DNA of 64,000 bases from Octopus sinensis (GCF_006345805.1 NC_043012.1:59024001-59088000); one strand, 5' to 3'. Shown: positions 1 through 11,674, numbered from the stretch's first letter. Notes: generated by a model from the letters alone, not told the origin. Numbers and translations are program-made.

Positions 1-134
1 GAATTTTTAATAAGATATTAAATCTTGCAATATCTTTAGGGAATAGAGTTGCAATTTCTTTACAAACATTTCAATCCGTTTAATAAGACGAAACATTACG
101 TTAGAAAACCGAACGAAAATTTAGCGAGTATTCT

Positions 135-270
135 TGTTGTTGTTACTGCAGTGGTAGAAGTTGTTGTTGTTGTTTTGCTGTTGTTGTTGTTGTTGCTGTT
201 GTTGTTGTTGTTGCTGCTGCTGCTGCTGTCGTTGTTGTTGTTGTTCTTGTTTTCGCTACTGTTGTTCTGT
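135..270. repeat. (GTT)n/(GCT)n trinucleotide microsatellite
   Basis: Direct gttgttgtt/gctgctgct runs; source of the poly-L/N/T ORFs. Confidence 0.95.
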
Positions 271-344
271 AGCCCAAGGCTTTCACTGATCGACTTGACA
301 TATATGAGCAAACGAGTTCAAGCATCATTGATTATTTTGGAGAT

Positions 345-371
345 ATATATGTATATATATATATATGCATA

Positions 372-419
<48 letters not shown>

Positions 420-625
420 CATAATTATATATATAATATATATATAATATACACACCACATATATATATATATGTATGTATATATCTAATATATATATAT
501 ATATGTATGTATGTATATATGTATGTATACACACACACACACCCACACACACACACCACACCATATATATATATATATATCTATAAATATATAATATATA
601 TATATGTATGTATGTATATTATATA
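345..625. repeat. compound (TA)n/(TATG)n/(CA)n microsatellite
   Basis: Seen directly. Confidence 0.95.
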
Positions 626-846
626 GAGGTTTTCGTCAGGTGACTCAAATTAACATGTATGATCTCTGGGTGCTCAATTTGGCATGCTACTAAAACTCCG
701 ATTTGAACTGCAATTGAACAGGTGATGTTGAAACTGCCTTCATGAAGGCCCAATTTATACCTATGAGTGTGTATGTATGTGTGTGCATATATGTGTGCGT
801 GTATGTGTGTGTTTATGAATGCATTTGTGTACATAGGTTTGTATTT

Positions 847-895
<49 letters not shown>

Positions 896-904
896 TGTGT
901 GTGT

Positions 905-1065
905 AGGCATGGCTGGGTAGTAAGAAGTTTGTTTCCTGACAACATGGCTCTGGGTTCAGTCCCATTGCATGGTACCTTGGGCAACTGTCTTCTACTATAG
1001 CCCATGGCCGACCAGTGCCTACGGTCTAGATTGATAGACAGTAAGTGAAAGAAGCCGTTATGTAT
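905..1065 (+). mobile_element. SINE family A (abundant Octopus-type SINE), 5' half
   Basis: tRNA-like head (ggctgggtagtaag...gggttcagtccc) plus CORE-like ccttgggcaactgtcttctactatagcc; homologous to ~10 other copies in the window. Confidence 0.85.
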
Positions 1066-1522
1066 ATATATATATATATATGTTTAATGTAGGATGGCCA
1101 GCATATTAAAAAATACCTTTAAAGGTTAAATTTATAAACAACTTATAAATATGGGCAAACGAAAAAGTTTCTAATGCCAAATATGCTGAAATTAGACTCA
1201 TTGTCCATAACCATATATTTTTCACAATACGCACGCTGCTCGAAAAAGGTCGACAGAAATTTCTAAAAATTCCATTATTACCATATCGGACCGATTTCAG
1301 CCTTAGTTCATAAGAACCCACCCTTCGTCATTGATAAATGTGGCAAAGAAATAAATCAGATACTTACTCATACCCATAGAAGAAGCAAACACTAAGTCAT
1401 GAGCACAATTAATACCCCAAATACATCTAAAATAGAAATTGTCTAGCCCATTCGAGGCACGTGCGATTTGAACTGAGGCTCTCACAGAGTGAGATAGTTC
1501 GGAAGTGAACACTATTAAATTT

Positions 1523-2036
1523 ATGTTTAATGTAGGATAAAATATTTTCGAAAAGGGTATATATATATATTATATATATATATATATTATATATATATAT
1601 ATATAAGATATATATTTAAATCATAACTTATAAAATAAGGGCAAAAGAAATTCTAATGCCAATATGCCGAAAAATAGACAAAATTGTCAATACCCATTAT
1701 AATTTATGCGTTTCGAAACAAGTGCTTGCTTTTTCCATTAGTATGAGTAATTATTTCATTCATGTCTTACGTATTTATCGCTGAGGAGGAGAAAATTGTT
1801 ATGAATTAACTCTGAAATTGGGACCAATTTTTTAGAAATTTCTTTCGGCTTGTTTCGAGACGCATAACTTATAATGGTTATTGACAATTTTGTCTGTTTT
1901 TCGGCATATTTAGCATTAGAGTTTTTCTTTTGCCCTTATTTTATAAGTTATTTATAAATTTAACGTTTAAAGGTATTTTTTTAATATGCTGGCCATTGAT
2001 AACATTTTTTCGAAAACTTTTATCCTACATTAGATG
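1523..2036. mobile_element. MITE/foldback element with ~180-bp imperfect terminal inverted repeats; extra partial arm at 1081-1215
   Basis: 1523-1722 matches the reverse complement of 1855-2036 (taatgtaggataaa...aacttataaaataagggcaaaaga...ctaatgc...tatgccgaaaaa.agacaaaattgtcaata). Confidence 0.75.
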
Positions 2037-2062
2037 TATATATATATATATATATATATAAA

Positions 2063-3134
2063 TATTAGGGAATAAATCCAAACTTACAGGGAAAAATCAG
2101 ATTTAGGATTGAATCCAATTTTATAGTAAAATATTATATTATATTAAATTAGAGATAAAACCACTATTAGGCAAATCATACATGAAAAACTTAAGCCAAT
2201 ACATAATATTATTTAATTTATATTATTTAAATATATAACAAAATTATTAAAATTATTGAACAGCCATGAAACGATCGTAGTGTTATATTAATTATCATTG
2301 TATGATTTGCCTAATAGTGTTTTATCTCTAATTTAATATAATATATATATATATATATATATAATATAATATATATATATATTATATATATATGCATATT
2401 TTCGTTGAATGTTCGAAATGAGGAGTACAGAGACAGCCGACAACTAATCTAATGAAGGGTCGTTCTTTGTGCTACTTATTCTGTTTTCCATTTTTCTTTC
2501 TTGTTGTTTGATTTCCAAGTAATTTTATCTTAACCTTTCTTCATGTGACACTACACGGTTTTCCCGCCCATCCTTCTCTAATTTCTTTTCTCTCTCTTTC
2601 ACTGTTTTCTATCTGCTTCTCTCTCCCTCTTTCGCTTCCCCCCTCTCTCTCCCTGCTCATGCCTTATCATCGTCCATCTCTCTTTCATGAGACCATATGT
2701 CTGTTCCTTCAAGACATCCTAATGACTGGACGTCTTCTATCTCTCCCTTCTATCTTTTCTCTCTGTAACGAAAATATTTCTCTAACATTCTCTAATTTTA
2801 CCCTCGTTCTGGACTAACGAACACCATCCATGTTTTCTTTCGTTCGGCTTCCTTGTATGTCTCCTCTGTTCCCTATTTTGTTCCCAACTTTGACCCGCCA
2901 TAAATCTAAAATCTACTTCTGGTATTTATGTGAGCAACTCTCTTCGAAGACTCATATTGTCGTTCGGTGCTCGAAATGAGGATTAGATAGACAGCCGACA
3001 ACTGATGAAGGGTCGTTCTTTGTGTTACTTGTCCTGTTTTCCATTTTTAGTCTCGTTGTTTACGTATTTAACTCTATTGTTTTCGTATTTCATGTTGTTT
3101 GCTGTTGGTGACGTCCAGATCCCATATACGCAAT

Positions 3135-3178
<44 letters not shown>

Positions 3179-4050
3179 TGTGCGTGTGTGTGTGTGTACT
3201 CAGAAGGTAAGCAAAAGTGTACGTGCGCCGCTATACTTATATATAAATCCCCGAAAAAATGGAACAAAAATGCAACAGACGACAATATAACATCCGGACC
3301 AATAGATGATACAAAGACGGACTGGACAAAACAAGGACGGACCATTTGTAGCCTTTTCTGCTCACTCAACTTTCCAGATTATCCTTACCGTTTCGATAGG
3401 TTACACGTGAGAATATTCAAATCTGGCTGGCCCCCAAATTCTAAGCTAATGGCATAAAATATTGAGGGAGAAAGCAAGCGAATGTGTCCGACAACAGAGA
3501 CAAAAATAAAGACAAAACGACGGAGAAAATTTTCCAATTACAAATACAAACAACAAGAAAATAACAACAGGTGTCTTTCGACGAATCAAGTTGAGCTGGG
3601 TGTGTAGAGTGAAAGCCCTGAGGCAGGAACATAGCTAAACATCAGAGATGAAAGTCAGGAGACGGGAATGAGAGATGCTTCGTGTCTGGCGGTCAAACCA
3701 AGAAAGAAAGATCACGCTTGGCCGAACACCGGTCACGTGGAAGGAGAGGAAAAGATAGGGCCAGAGGGATTGAAGAATTAGTGGGAGAACGAGAAAGGGA
3801 GAAAAATCAAAGGGACATAGAGAAAGAGAAGGCCAATAAATGTTAGACAGACAGGGAGCGAGAAAAAGAAATGAGGAAAGAAATAATAAAGTTACAAGAA
3901 AGAAGAAAGTATGAGGAGGACTGAAAGAAGGAGTAAAAATTCGTACAGTATTTAGATATATAATTACAAGGTGAGCAAAAGTGTACGTACGCCACTATGT
4001 GTATATATAAATCCCAAAATTGGAACAAGAACGTAACAGACGACCGTGAG
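2063..4050. mobile_element. cluster of rearranged fragments of a Penelope-like (pLTR-type) repeat
   Basis: Direct repeats 2405-2520/2965-3070 and 3205-3285/3965-4045, inverted arms 2135-2182/2299-2345, decayed CTGATGA hammerhead-like motif at 3002; family assignment inferred. Confidence 0.45.
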
Positions 4051-5289
4051 TGTGTATGTGTGTATGTATACTTATATGAATATGTATGGTTATATATATA
4101 TATATGTATATATATATATGTATATACATATACACACACACACACATATATATATACATATATATATTATATATATATGTATATGTATATATATACATAT
4201 ATATATATGTGTGTGTGTGTGTCTGTGATATATATATATCATTGTTCAATTTTATTTCAAGAATTCTTGCGAAAAGAGAAAGAGCCGGTTCCCAACCTAG
4301 AGCCAAGGCGCCTTCATTGGAATTTCAACATCAACAAAGGGAATATTTATTTGTATGTATGTATGTATGTATGTACGTATGCATGTATGTATGTATACGT
4401 GTATATCTGTTTTGCTTTATGTATATCTTCTCATGCATATTGTTGCATATGTATGTATGTTTGTATGTATGCATGTGTATGCGTGCTTGCATTTACATTT
4501 ATATGCGTGTGTATTTGCATGTGTATGTGTGTGTATGTATGTGTGTGTGTGTGTGTGTATGTGTGTAGTAAAATATCTAATCGTTCTAAATACGTCTTGG
4601 CGGTTTCGAAATTGGATACTTGGCGGTTCTTGTTTTACGTCACCGGAGAACATTTCTTGCCTTTACACTAGTGGTTCCCATCATTTTCACGGTGGTTTCC
4701 AACAGTGACTCCTAACCTTTATATTTAAATGAGTTTTATCACGGACCGCTTTTAATATGATTATCCTTATTTAATATCCTTTTCCTTTTGTGTGGTCATA
4801 CCACACGTGTTTCTCCAGTTCACCGCTGTAAGGGGATTTTGGGGGACCACCGAGTTCCGACACTGTTGCCACTCTCCTCATTCAAAGTTACCCAGCCGGA
4901 TAAATGAATCGTATAAGGGCACGTGCTTTTTCTTTATGGGAACCAGCAAAATTATTTGCTTATGCGTTCAGGCGACTGCTAAACAGCTAATAATTTGTGG
5001 AGTGGCCCCAGGACGGCAATATTCCATACAATAACTTACCTTTCATTTTAAATATTTTCTGTCTGAATCGAAAGCGAATATCGGATCACTGTCGTATTTC
5101 GCCAACAAAGAACACGTTTTCTCTATAAAAGCTCTGTTATGATAATGCACATGATAAACCGATTACACAGCCCAACGCATCTGACAAGTGCTCTAAAATT
5201 TACCTTAAATTTTACCGCTATCTCTAGCAGGTCGAGCGATCGCATAAATGTTCCCCTTGCGGCTTGAAATTCTAGTGGTCATATTCTTG

Positions 5290-5527
5290 GGTTCCATATA
5301 CTTATTTCTTTACTACCCACAAGGGGCTAAACACAAAGGGGACAAAGAAGGACAGACAAACGGATTAAGTCGATTATATCGACCCCAGTGCATAACTGTT
5401 ACTTATTTAATCAACCCCGAAAGGCAAAGTCGAACTCGGCGGAATTTGAACTCAGAACGTAGCGGCAGAGGAAATACGGCTACGCATTTCGCCCGGCGTG
5501 CTAACGTTCCTGCCAGCTCGCCGCCTT
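5290..5527 (-). mobile_element. SINE family B (tRNA head plus MESC/Meta-like core)
   Basis: Reverse strand reads aaggcggcgagctggcag...gagttcaaattccgccgag...tttcggggttgattaaataagt; core-domain name is from recall. Confidence 0.85.
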
Positions 5528-5664
5528 AAATATGGGTTCCATATACTGTTTGATGACAGCAGTTCAGTTTAATCCTTTTTCGTTCATTCGGAAAACATAA
5601 TCTGCGTTTGGCATGGTGTAAATATAATTAATCGAAGACGGAGCCTTGTTGTTTTGGAACTTAC

Positions 5665-5853
5665 CTGTATAACACAGCCAAAGAGACGCCAATTTGACAG
5701 TGCTCTGTTTTTACTTCATTGAGTTCTTTCACTCTAATTCTATCTAACGCCTGTCTAATAGTCAGCTGTAGTAGGTCATTGACTAATAGAATAACAACTA
5801 GTGTTGTTGCTAAAGCATGCAAACAGCTTAATGTTAAACTAGTTAACAAATGA
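5665..5853 (-). CDS. candidate internal exon of unknown protein (HLLTSLTLSCLHALATTLVVILLVNDLLQLTIRQALDRIRVKELNEVKTEHCQIGVSLAVLY)
   Basis: 189 nt, open frame, symmetric phase 2/2, donor ACAG|GTAAGT, weaker acceptor ttaacctgtctag, non-repetitive sequence; no homology recognised. Confidence 0.3.
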
Positions 5854-6372
5854 CTAGACAGGTTAATTGCGGAGTGAACTTCTTAACAACTTAGCCATGC
5901 CGGATATCATACAACACACGCGCGCACATGAACACACACACACATATACACACATGCATATATCCGCAAATATACACACACATACAAACACACATGTACA
6001 CATATATAAACACATATCACACATATACTTACAAATGTACATACGCATACATATATTTATAAACGATTTAGCATTATTTTCCAAAGTGTGTTGTTTTACT
6101 TTAAGCCAGCCGTGATCTTCATTATCTTCCCGTTACACTTTTAAGTGGGGTGAGAGTACATTGGCTGTTATTTCCAGATCTTGCGACCATGTACGTGGAA
6201 GTGCATATAAGAAAATGCAGAGAATTTTATAATGTATCAACATATCTCGGAATACATGTGTGTATGTGCGTGCAATATACATAGACTGCCCAATATGCAT
6301 ACGTACACATACACACAAACAAACATAGATACATATACGCGTATATTTTCATATAGGGATATCTATATATAT

Positions 6373-6417
<45 letters not shown>

Positions 6418-6477
6418 TATATGTATATGTAAGAAGGGATGTGTGGCAAGCGAGTTAGAATACAGGCAAATTAGTAA

Positions 6478-6602
6478 AATATATACATACAACGTGAAAT
6501 TAAGTGTCTTGCTCAAGAACACAACACGCAGCCCGGTACCCGATTCGAAATCACAACCTCGCGATCGTAAGCTCGACGCTCTAGCCACTGAGCCATGCGC
6601 CT
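6478..6602 (-). mobile_element. CORE-type tRNA SINE, 5' part
   Basis: Minus strand ggcgcatggctcagtggctagagcg...tttcgaatc...ttcttgagcaagacacttaatttcacgttg. Confidence 0.8.
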
Positions 6603-6709
6603 TCAGTCCTATATATCTACATCTATATATATATTATGTATATATATATATATATATATGTACACACACACACACATATGTATGTATGTATATATATATA
6701 TATATTATC

Positions 6710-7400
6710 AGAAAAGTGCAGTATTAAATGTCCATCACAGATGATCTTAGCAATCGCTTTCGCGTAAAGGATATAATGGATGTCAGGTAACAATCAGATT
6801 ATGTACCTTGACGCTCATCAGAGTTAGCCGATACGGAAGGGAATATAGCAGAGGTGTAGTAGCTAGCACAGCTGGAAAGCGGCTGCTGTGTGAAAGGTGA
6901 CGAAGCGAAAGAGGGGACAGAGGATGAGGTTAGGAGTTATGTCTCTTGATTGGGTATACTGTTAAGCCAGCAAGACTTACTTTGAAGAGTGGAAGATGTG
7001 TATCATTAATGAAGTGCTCCTATAGGAATAAGGTCTGTGATATGTGTAGTGGTGTCTTATGCATAAATTTATCTAGAGGTGTAGGTATATTTAGGTGTGT
7101 TCGTTAATCTGTTTTCTTTCTGTAAAGGATAAAGTGGTGGATGGGTGTTTTGTTAGCTTGCAATTTGTAATGTGTGTGTAATATGTAATGTCTGGGAGGC
7201 TGTGCATGTGAGCACGGGTAGTGTGAAACAGTCTGTTATGTTGGGTGTCCCCCTTATAGGGGTGTGCATGTGTTTACATGGGTGCATTGTTGCAATGGTG
7301 TGTGCTTTAGTCAAACTCTTTTCGCCGGGCCCGAGAGCATGGTGGAAGGTCGTTGTCGGAGGGTCGAGGCATGGTACCTGTGGTTGCAATCATGGTGGAG
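6710..7400 (-). mobile_element. Penelope-like element 3' end (decayed GIY-YIG region plus pLTR)
   Basis: Minus-strand remnants resembling ...CKHMHT..I...FTCTASQ...RINEH of the PLE endonuclease, followed by a hammerhead motif. Confidence 0.6.
6744..6825 (-). ncRNA. type I hammerhead ribozyme (PLE-associated)
   Basis: aacu-CUGAUGA-gcgu[45 nt]acgc-GAAA-gc gauu gc-UA-agau: intact core, 4-bp stem II, short stem III, stem I with one mismatch. Confidence 0.6.
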
Positions 7401-7440
7401 AGCGCAGGTACGATAGTATCTGCCTATGTCTTTCTATATT

Positions 7441-7477
<37 letters not shown>

Positions 7478-7619
7478 TACACACACACGTACGCACACGC
7501 ACACACACTCTCTCCCTCTCATTCTCTATCATGGGTAGGAGTGTCAAGAGGACATCTATCTCTGCCCCTGTAGATTCTAATTTCATTTTTCACTAAACAT
7601 ATTTAGGGTTTCATATTTT

Positions 7620-7822
7620 GCTACAAGACCAGTAAGCTCGGGTGAGGAAGTAAGTTGATCACATTGACCCCAAATCTCAACTGCTACTTATTTTATCGAA
7701 CCCGAAAGGGTGAAAAACAAAACCGACTTTAGTTGAATTTGCAATCAGAACATACAGACGGATGACATGCTGTTAAGCATTTTACCTGGCGTGTTACTGA
7801 TTCTGGTAGGGCGAAGCCTTAT
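7620..7822 (-). mobile_element. SINE family B
   Basis: Homologous to other family B copies (ttatcgaacccgaaagggtgaaa...). Confidence 0.8.
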
Positions 7823-7835
7823 ATGCATAATATAT

Positions 7836-8048
7836 TAGCTTCCAATTTTGGCTCAAGGTCAGTAAGTTCAGGAGGAGATAATTCGATTGCATCGACCCCA
7901 GTTTTTAACTGGTACTTATCTTATCAAACCCGAAAGGATGAAAGGGAACATCGACTTCGACGGAATATGTAAACAGAATGTATAGACGGACGAAACGCTG
8001 CTAATAATTTTGCCCGGCGTTCTAAAGATTCAGTGAGTTCACCGCCTT
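7836..8048 (-). mobile_element. SINE family B
   Basis: atcgaccccag...ggtacttatcttatcaaacccgaaaggatgaaaggg...caccgcctt. Confidence 0.85.
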
Positions 8049-8212
8049 GTTTATAGCCATTTTTGGTTTTCATCATCGTTCTGGGGTGGTTTGATAAAAT
8101 AATATAGGTGTTAGTGCTTGATGTTTAACTTAATCCACACTGTCATTCCCGGCCGTATCGAGCACCACCAGATGAAAGCGTGATTCCTTGTGTCAATATT
8201 TTGGGTATAGAG

Positions 8213-8415
8213 TAAGGCGGTGAGCTGGCAGAATCTTTCGAGGTATTTCGTTTGTCTTTACTTTCTGAGTTCAAATTTCACTGAGGACGACTTTGCCTTT
8301 CATCTTTTCAAAGTCGATAAAATAAGTACCAGTTGAAAGTTGGGATGGCTGTAATCGATTTACTCCCACAGTTCCACTAAAATTGCTGGCCTTGTGTCAA
8401 AATTTGAAACCAATA
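8213..8415 (+). mobile_element. SINE family B
   Basis: aaggcggtgagctggcagaatc...gagttcaaatt...ctttcatcttttcaaagtcgataaaataagtaccag...ttgtgtcaaaatttgaaacc. Confidence 0.85.
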
Positions 8416-8939
8416 TTTTGGGCCTAAAGAATAACATTACTGGAAAGATGGAAAAGCACCTCATATTGCATGGGCTATTGTTAACTTTGATGATAATTAC
8501 ACGTCATTATAGTATTTTTTTTTACAAATTTAACGTTGTGATAACAACAACAAATGTAACAATAACGAGAACAACAACAACCTCTATCAGAACAACAACA
8601 AAATTTCCAGTGATGTTTTTAACGTCGACTTCAGAGACATTTATGAGAAAATAGTGATAGTTCTTGATGGTGGAGTTTGTGTTATTGCTTTTGTTGATGC
8701 TGCTGTTTAACCCCAGGTCAGCGCTGATTGAGTGGAAACAATGATCAAAGACGATTCAAAGATAATCAACCCTTAATTTTCCGTACCTACGTGAGTATTA
8801 GCCATGTATGTTTATTTGTTTGTCTATTTAATATCATTTGAGAGGAGATCTGGCTGCTATTTTACCGTGTTTAAAAAATTCACGGTAGAGGATCCATCAT
8901 TGACTTCGAAGTTACGATAATGACCGTGTTCAGTGACAG

Positions 8940-9390
8940 CGATGATGCCGATGGTGAGGAGGAAGAAGAGAAGATGGAGGAGAGGTGGTGGAGGAGGAGG
9001 AGGAGGGGTAGAGTAGGAGGGGTGGAGAATGAGAGATGGAGGAGGAGGGGCGGAGAAGGAGGCGTGGAGGAGGAGAACGAAGAGAAAGATAATCAACAAG
9101 ACAATGATAATGATGACTACGACGGTGATGATGATGATGATGATGATGATGGTGAGGAGGAGGAGGAGGAGGAGGAAGAGAAGAAGGAGAAGGTGGAGGA
9201 GAGGTAGAGGAGGAGGAGTGGAGGAGGAGAACAAGGAGTGGAGGAGGAGAACAAGGAGTGGAGGAGGAGAACAAGGAGTGGAGGAGGAGAACGAGGAGAA
9301 GTGGAGGAGGAGAACGAGGAGGAAGAAAATCACCACGACGATGATAATGATGATGACTACGAGGGTGATGATGATGATGATGATGATAAG
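8940..9390. repeat. (GGA)n/(GAT)n low-complexity tract with a 20-bp tandem unit (ggaggaggagaacaaggagt) and an internal duplication
   Basis: Seen directly; explains the poly-E/R/H/P ORFs. Confidence 0.9.
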
Positions 9391-9409
9391 ACATAACCTA
9401 CCAGAAACC

Positions 9410-9950
9410 ACCATGCAAAAATTTCCATAAAGATGGATCTGACCACGCGTGAAGAATCTGAGGAAAATTCACAGAGACAATTGATCCTGTTGTTTCTCGC
9501 TGCCCAGTCCTCACTGGAAAGGAGTACCTCATAAGACATGACAGACTAGGGTAGTACATCTACTGGAATGCCTGTAAATGCTACTAAATTAAATCCCATG
9601 ATAAGTGGTACAGGCACCACCCTGCGGATGTAATAAATGGCGAAGGCGTCACCATCGTTATGAACTTCCCAATGCAAACACACAGAAAAGTTGACTCCAA
9701 TCGACCAGACATTGTGATCAAGGACTACAATAGAGGTACTTGTCTGTTTTTAGATATGTCTGTTCCACAAGATCAATTCTCAAGAAAGGAATACGAAATG
9801 CTTTCTCACTATAAAGATCTACGAATTGAAATCACAAAAGATGTGGAAGTTAAGTACTATAATAATACCAGTGGTAATTGGTGCGTTGGAAATGATAAAG
9901 AAGGGAGCTGAGAAACATATTAAGGAATTGCTACTATTGGCCTCCGGAGG
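9410..9950 (+). mobile_element. R4/Dong-like non-LTR retrotransposon remnant (CCHC plus restriction-like endonuclease)
   Basis: NFPMQTHRKVDSNRPDIVIKDYNRGTCLFLDMSVP...LSHYKDLRIEI, preceded by ETIDPVVSRCPVLTGKEYLIRHD; contains stops and frameshifts. Confidence 0.85.
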
Positions 9951-10077
9951 AAGCCCGGTACTAAGGCAGCCGAAATAAAGTTATAATGAAAGGAAACCAT
10001 AAAAAACAACAACAACAAAAACAACAAAACAATAACAACAACAACAACAACAACAATAATAATAATAATAATAATAG

Positions 10078-10250
10078 TTTTGGTACAAGACCAGCATCGA
10101 TGCTACTGCTTGACTGGTGCTTATTTTATCGACCCCAAAATGATGAAAGGTAAACGTGACGTCAGCGGAATTTGAACTCAGAGTGTTAAGACGGACGAAA
10201 TGCAACTAAGCGTTATGTCTGGCGTGCAAACAATTCTGATAGCTTGCTAC
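10078..10250 (-). mobile_element. SINE family B
   Basis: ggtgcttattttatcgaccccaaaatgatgaaaggtaaa...gaatttgaactcag. Confidence 0.85.
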
Positions 10251-10251
10251 C

Positions 10252-10312
10252 TTGACAACAGCAACAACAACAGTTATAATAATAATAATATTAATAATAA
10301 TAATAATAATAA

Positions 10313-10343
<31 letters not shown>

Positions 10344-10414
10344 AACAACAACAACAACAACAACAACAGCAACAACAACAGTTATAATGATGATAATAAT
10401 AATAATAATAATAA

Positions 10415-10445
<31 letters not shown>

Positions 10446-10510
10446 AAGAAGAAGAAGAAGAAGAAGAAGAAGAGAAGAACAACAACAACAACAACAACAC
10501 AGCAACAACA
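10252..10510. repeat. compound (AAC)/(AAT)/(AAG) trinucleotide array with a duplicated block
   Basis: aacaacagcaacaacaacagttataat...(aat)n(aag)n occurs twice. Confidence 0.95.
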
Positions 10511-10517
10511 AAAATAT

Positions 10518-10740
10518 GAGCACTCAGAGAGCGCAATCGTCTGCCAAGGCAACACCAATGTCCTCTCAACGATTAACCAGAGATGATTTTTAAAAGGAGA
10601 ATATCTGAAATAAACTCGACTGCTCTCACAAATGAGAATACTAAAATCGAACCCGACCGCTCTCAAAAATTAAGTAAAGAAACCGGGAAAATAATCAAAG
10701 AATCTTTAACCGGTACCTAATCGATCCCAATGGTAATCAT
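10518..10740 (+). mobile_element. Helentron-associated (HINE/DINE-like) non-autonomous element, 5' half
   Basis: gagcactcagagagcgca...ctgccaaggc start and ccggtacc.aatcgatcccaa motif shared with 11405-11600; class inferred from recalled motifs. Confidence 0.4.
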
Positions 10741-10967
10741 AGAATGTGAATGTGGCTGTGCGGCGGACCGTGTTTTTAATGCTGTATGTGTGTTGTCTGC
10801 AGTGGGAACAGGGACAGTTTTCTCAATGAAGGCCTTTTTTTAGCCCATTCACTGATATGCCTTTACGACTATTAACGTCTATAGTGAAATAGATGGTACT
10901 GTTAACGGAGGTTTAACAACGTCATTGCGCACATGAAATAAAGTCCAACAAATAAAACATCCTTCAA

Positions 10968-11070
10968 GGAGTTCAAATTCTGCTGAGGTTACTTTTATCT
11001 TTCATCCCTTTGTGGTCGATAAAATAAATACCAGTTTAGTAGTGAGATCGATGCTGGCCTTGTACCAAAG
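10968..11070 (+). mobile_element. SINE family B, partial
   Basis: ggagttcaaattctgctgagg...ctttcatccctttgtggtcgataaaataaataccag. Confidence 0.75.
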
Positions 11071-11404
11071 ACGTTTTAAACAGAAGTGATATATTCAAAA
11101 CTGGATAAAAGAAATTCTTTCGAGAAGAAATTAAATTTATTATTGTTACTGAATATGTTAGTGCTATTTAATTTCTGAATGGTTTTGCTGCCGTTTGCTT
11201 ATGTGGTTTGATTTATTTATCCATCAGTTTCAATTAAGATAGAGATGGGAATAAAATTAATAATAAAGAAACGAGAATAATACTTTGTAAACAGCAACGC
11301 AGCCATAACTTACGTGGAAACCATGAGGGTAGCTCCAAGGGAGATAATCAGAGAAAGACTTGGAAGTCAATGTAAGATTGCAATATTTCATGTGTAAATT
11401 GAAT

Positions 11405-11600
11405 ATAACAAATAATCCAGAATCCTTGTCCGGTACCGGATCGATCCCAAAATCTAACCAGTTCGTGCTAATTACGAGGTGAAACATCTCTGAACGTTTC
11501 ATCCGAACCCATCCAGCGGTTCTTAAGATAACTTGCCAATGGTCAAACAAACAAACAAACACGTCTGAAGTATTACCTGCACATTGGCGAAATGGGAGGT
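11405..11600 (+). mobile_element. HINE-like element, 3' half
   Basis: aataatccagaatccttgtccggtaccggatcgatcccaaaatctaa...tttcatccgaa...(caaa)n...attacct...gggaggt. Confidence 0.45.
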
Positions 11601-11674
11601 CATTATTATTATTATTATTGTTATTATTAATATTATTATAATTATTATAATTATTATTATCATTATTATTATTG

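Noticed and set aside
9215-9320. Regular 20-bp repeats as a possible CRISPR-like array
   Set aside because: Head-to-tail tandem units with no unique spacers, in eukaryotic context with no cas genes
8857-9430. Poly-His/Pro/Glu ORFs resembling low-complexity transcription-factor regions
   Set aside because: Pure (GGA)/(GAT) repeats open in several frames on both strands, with no flanking domain or splice support
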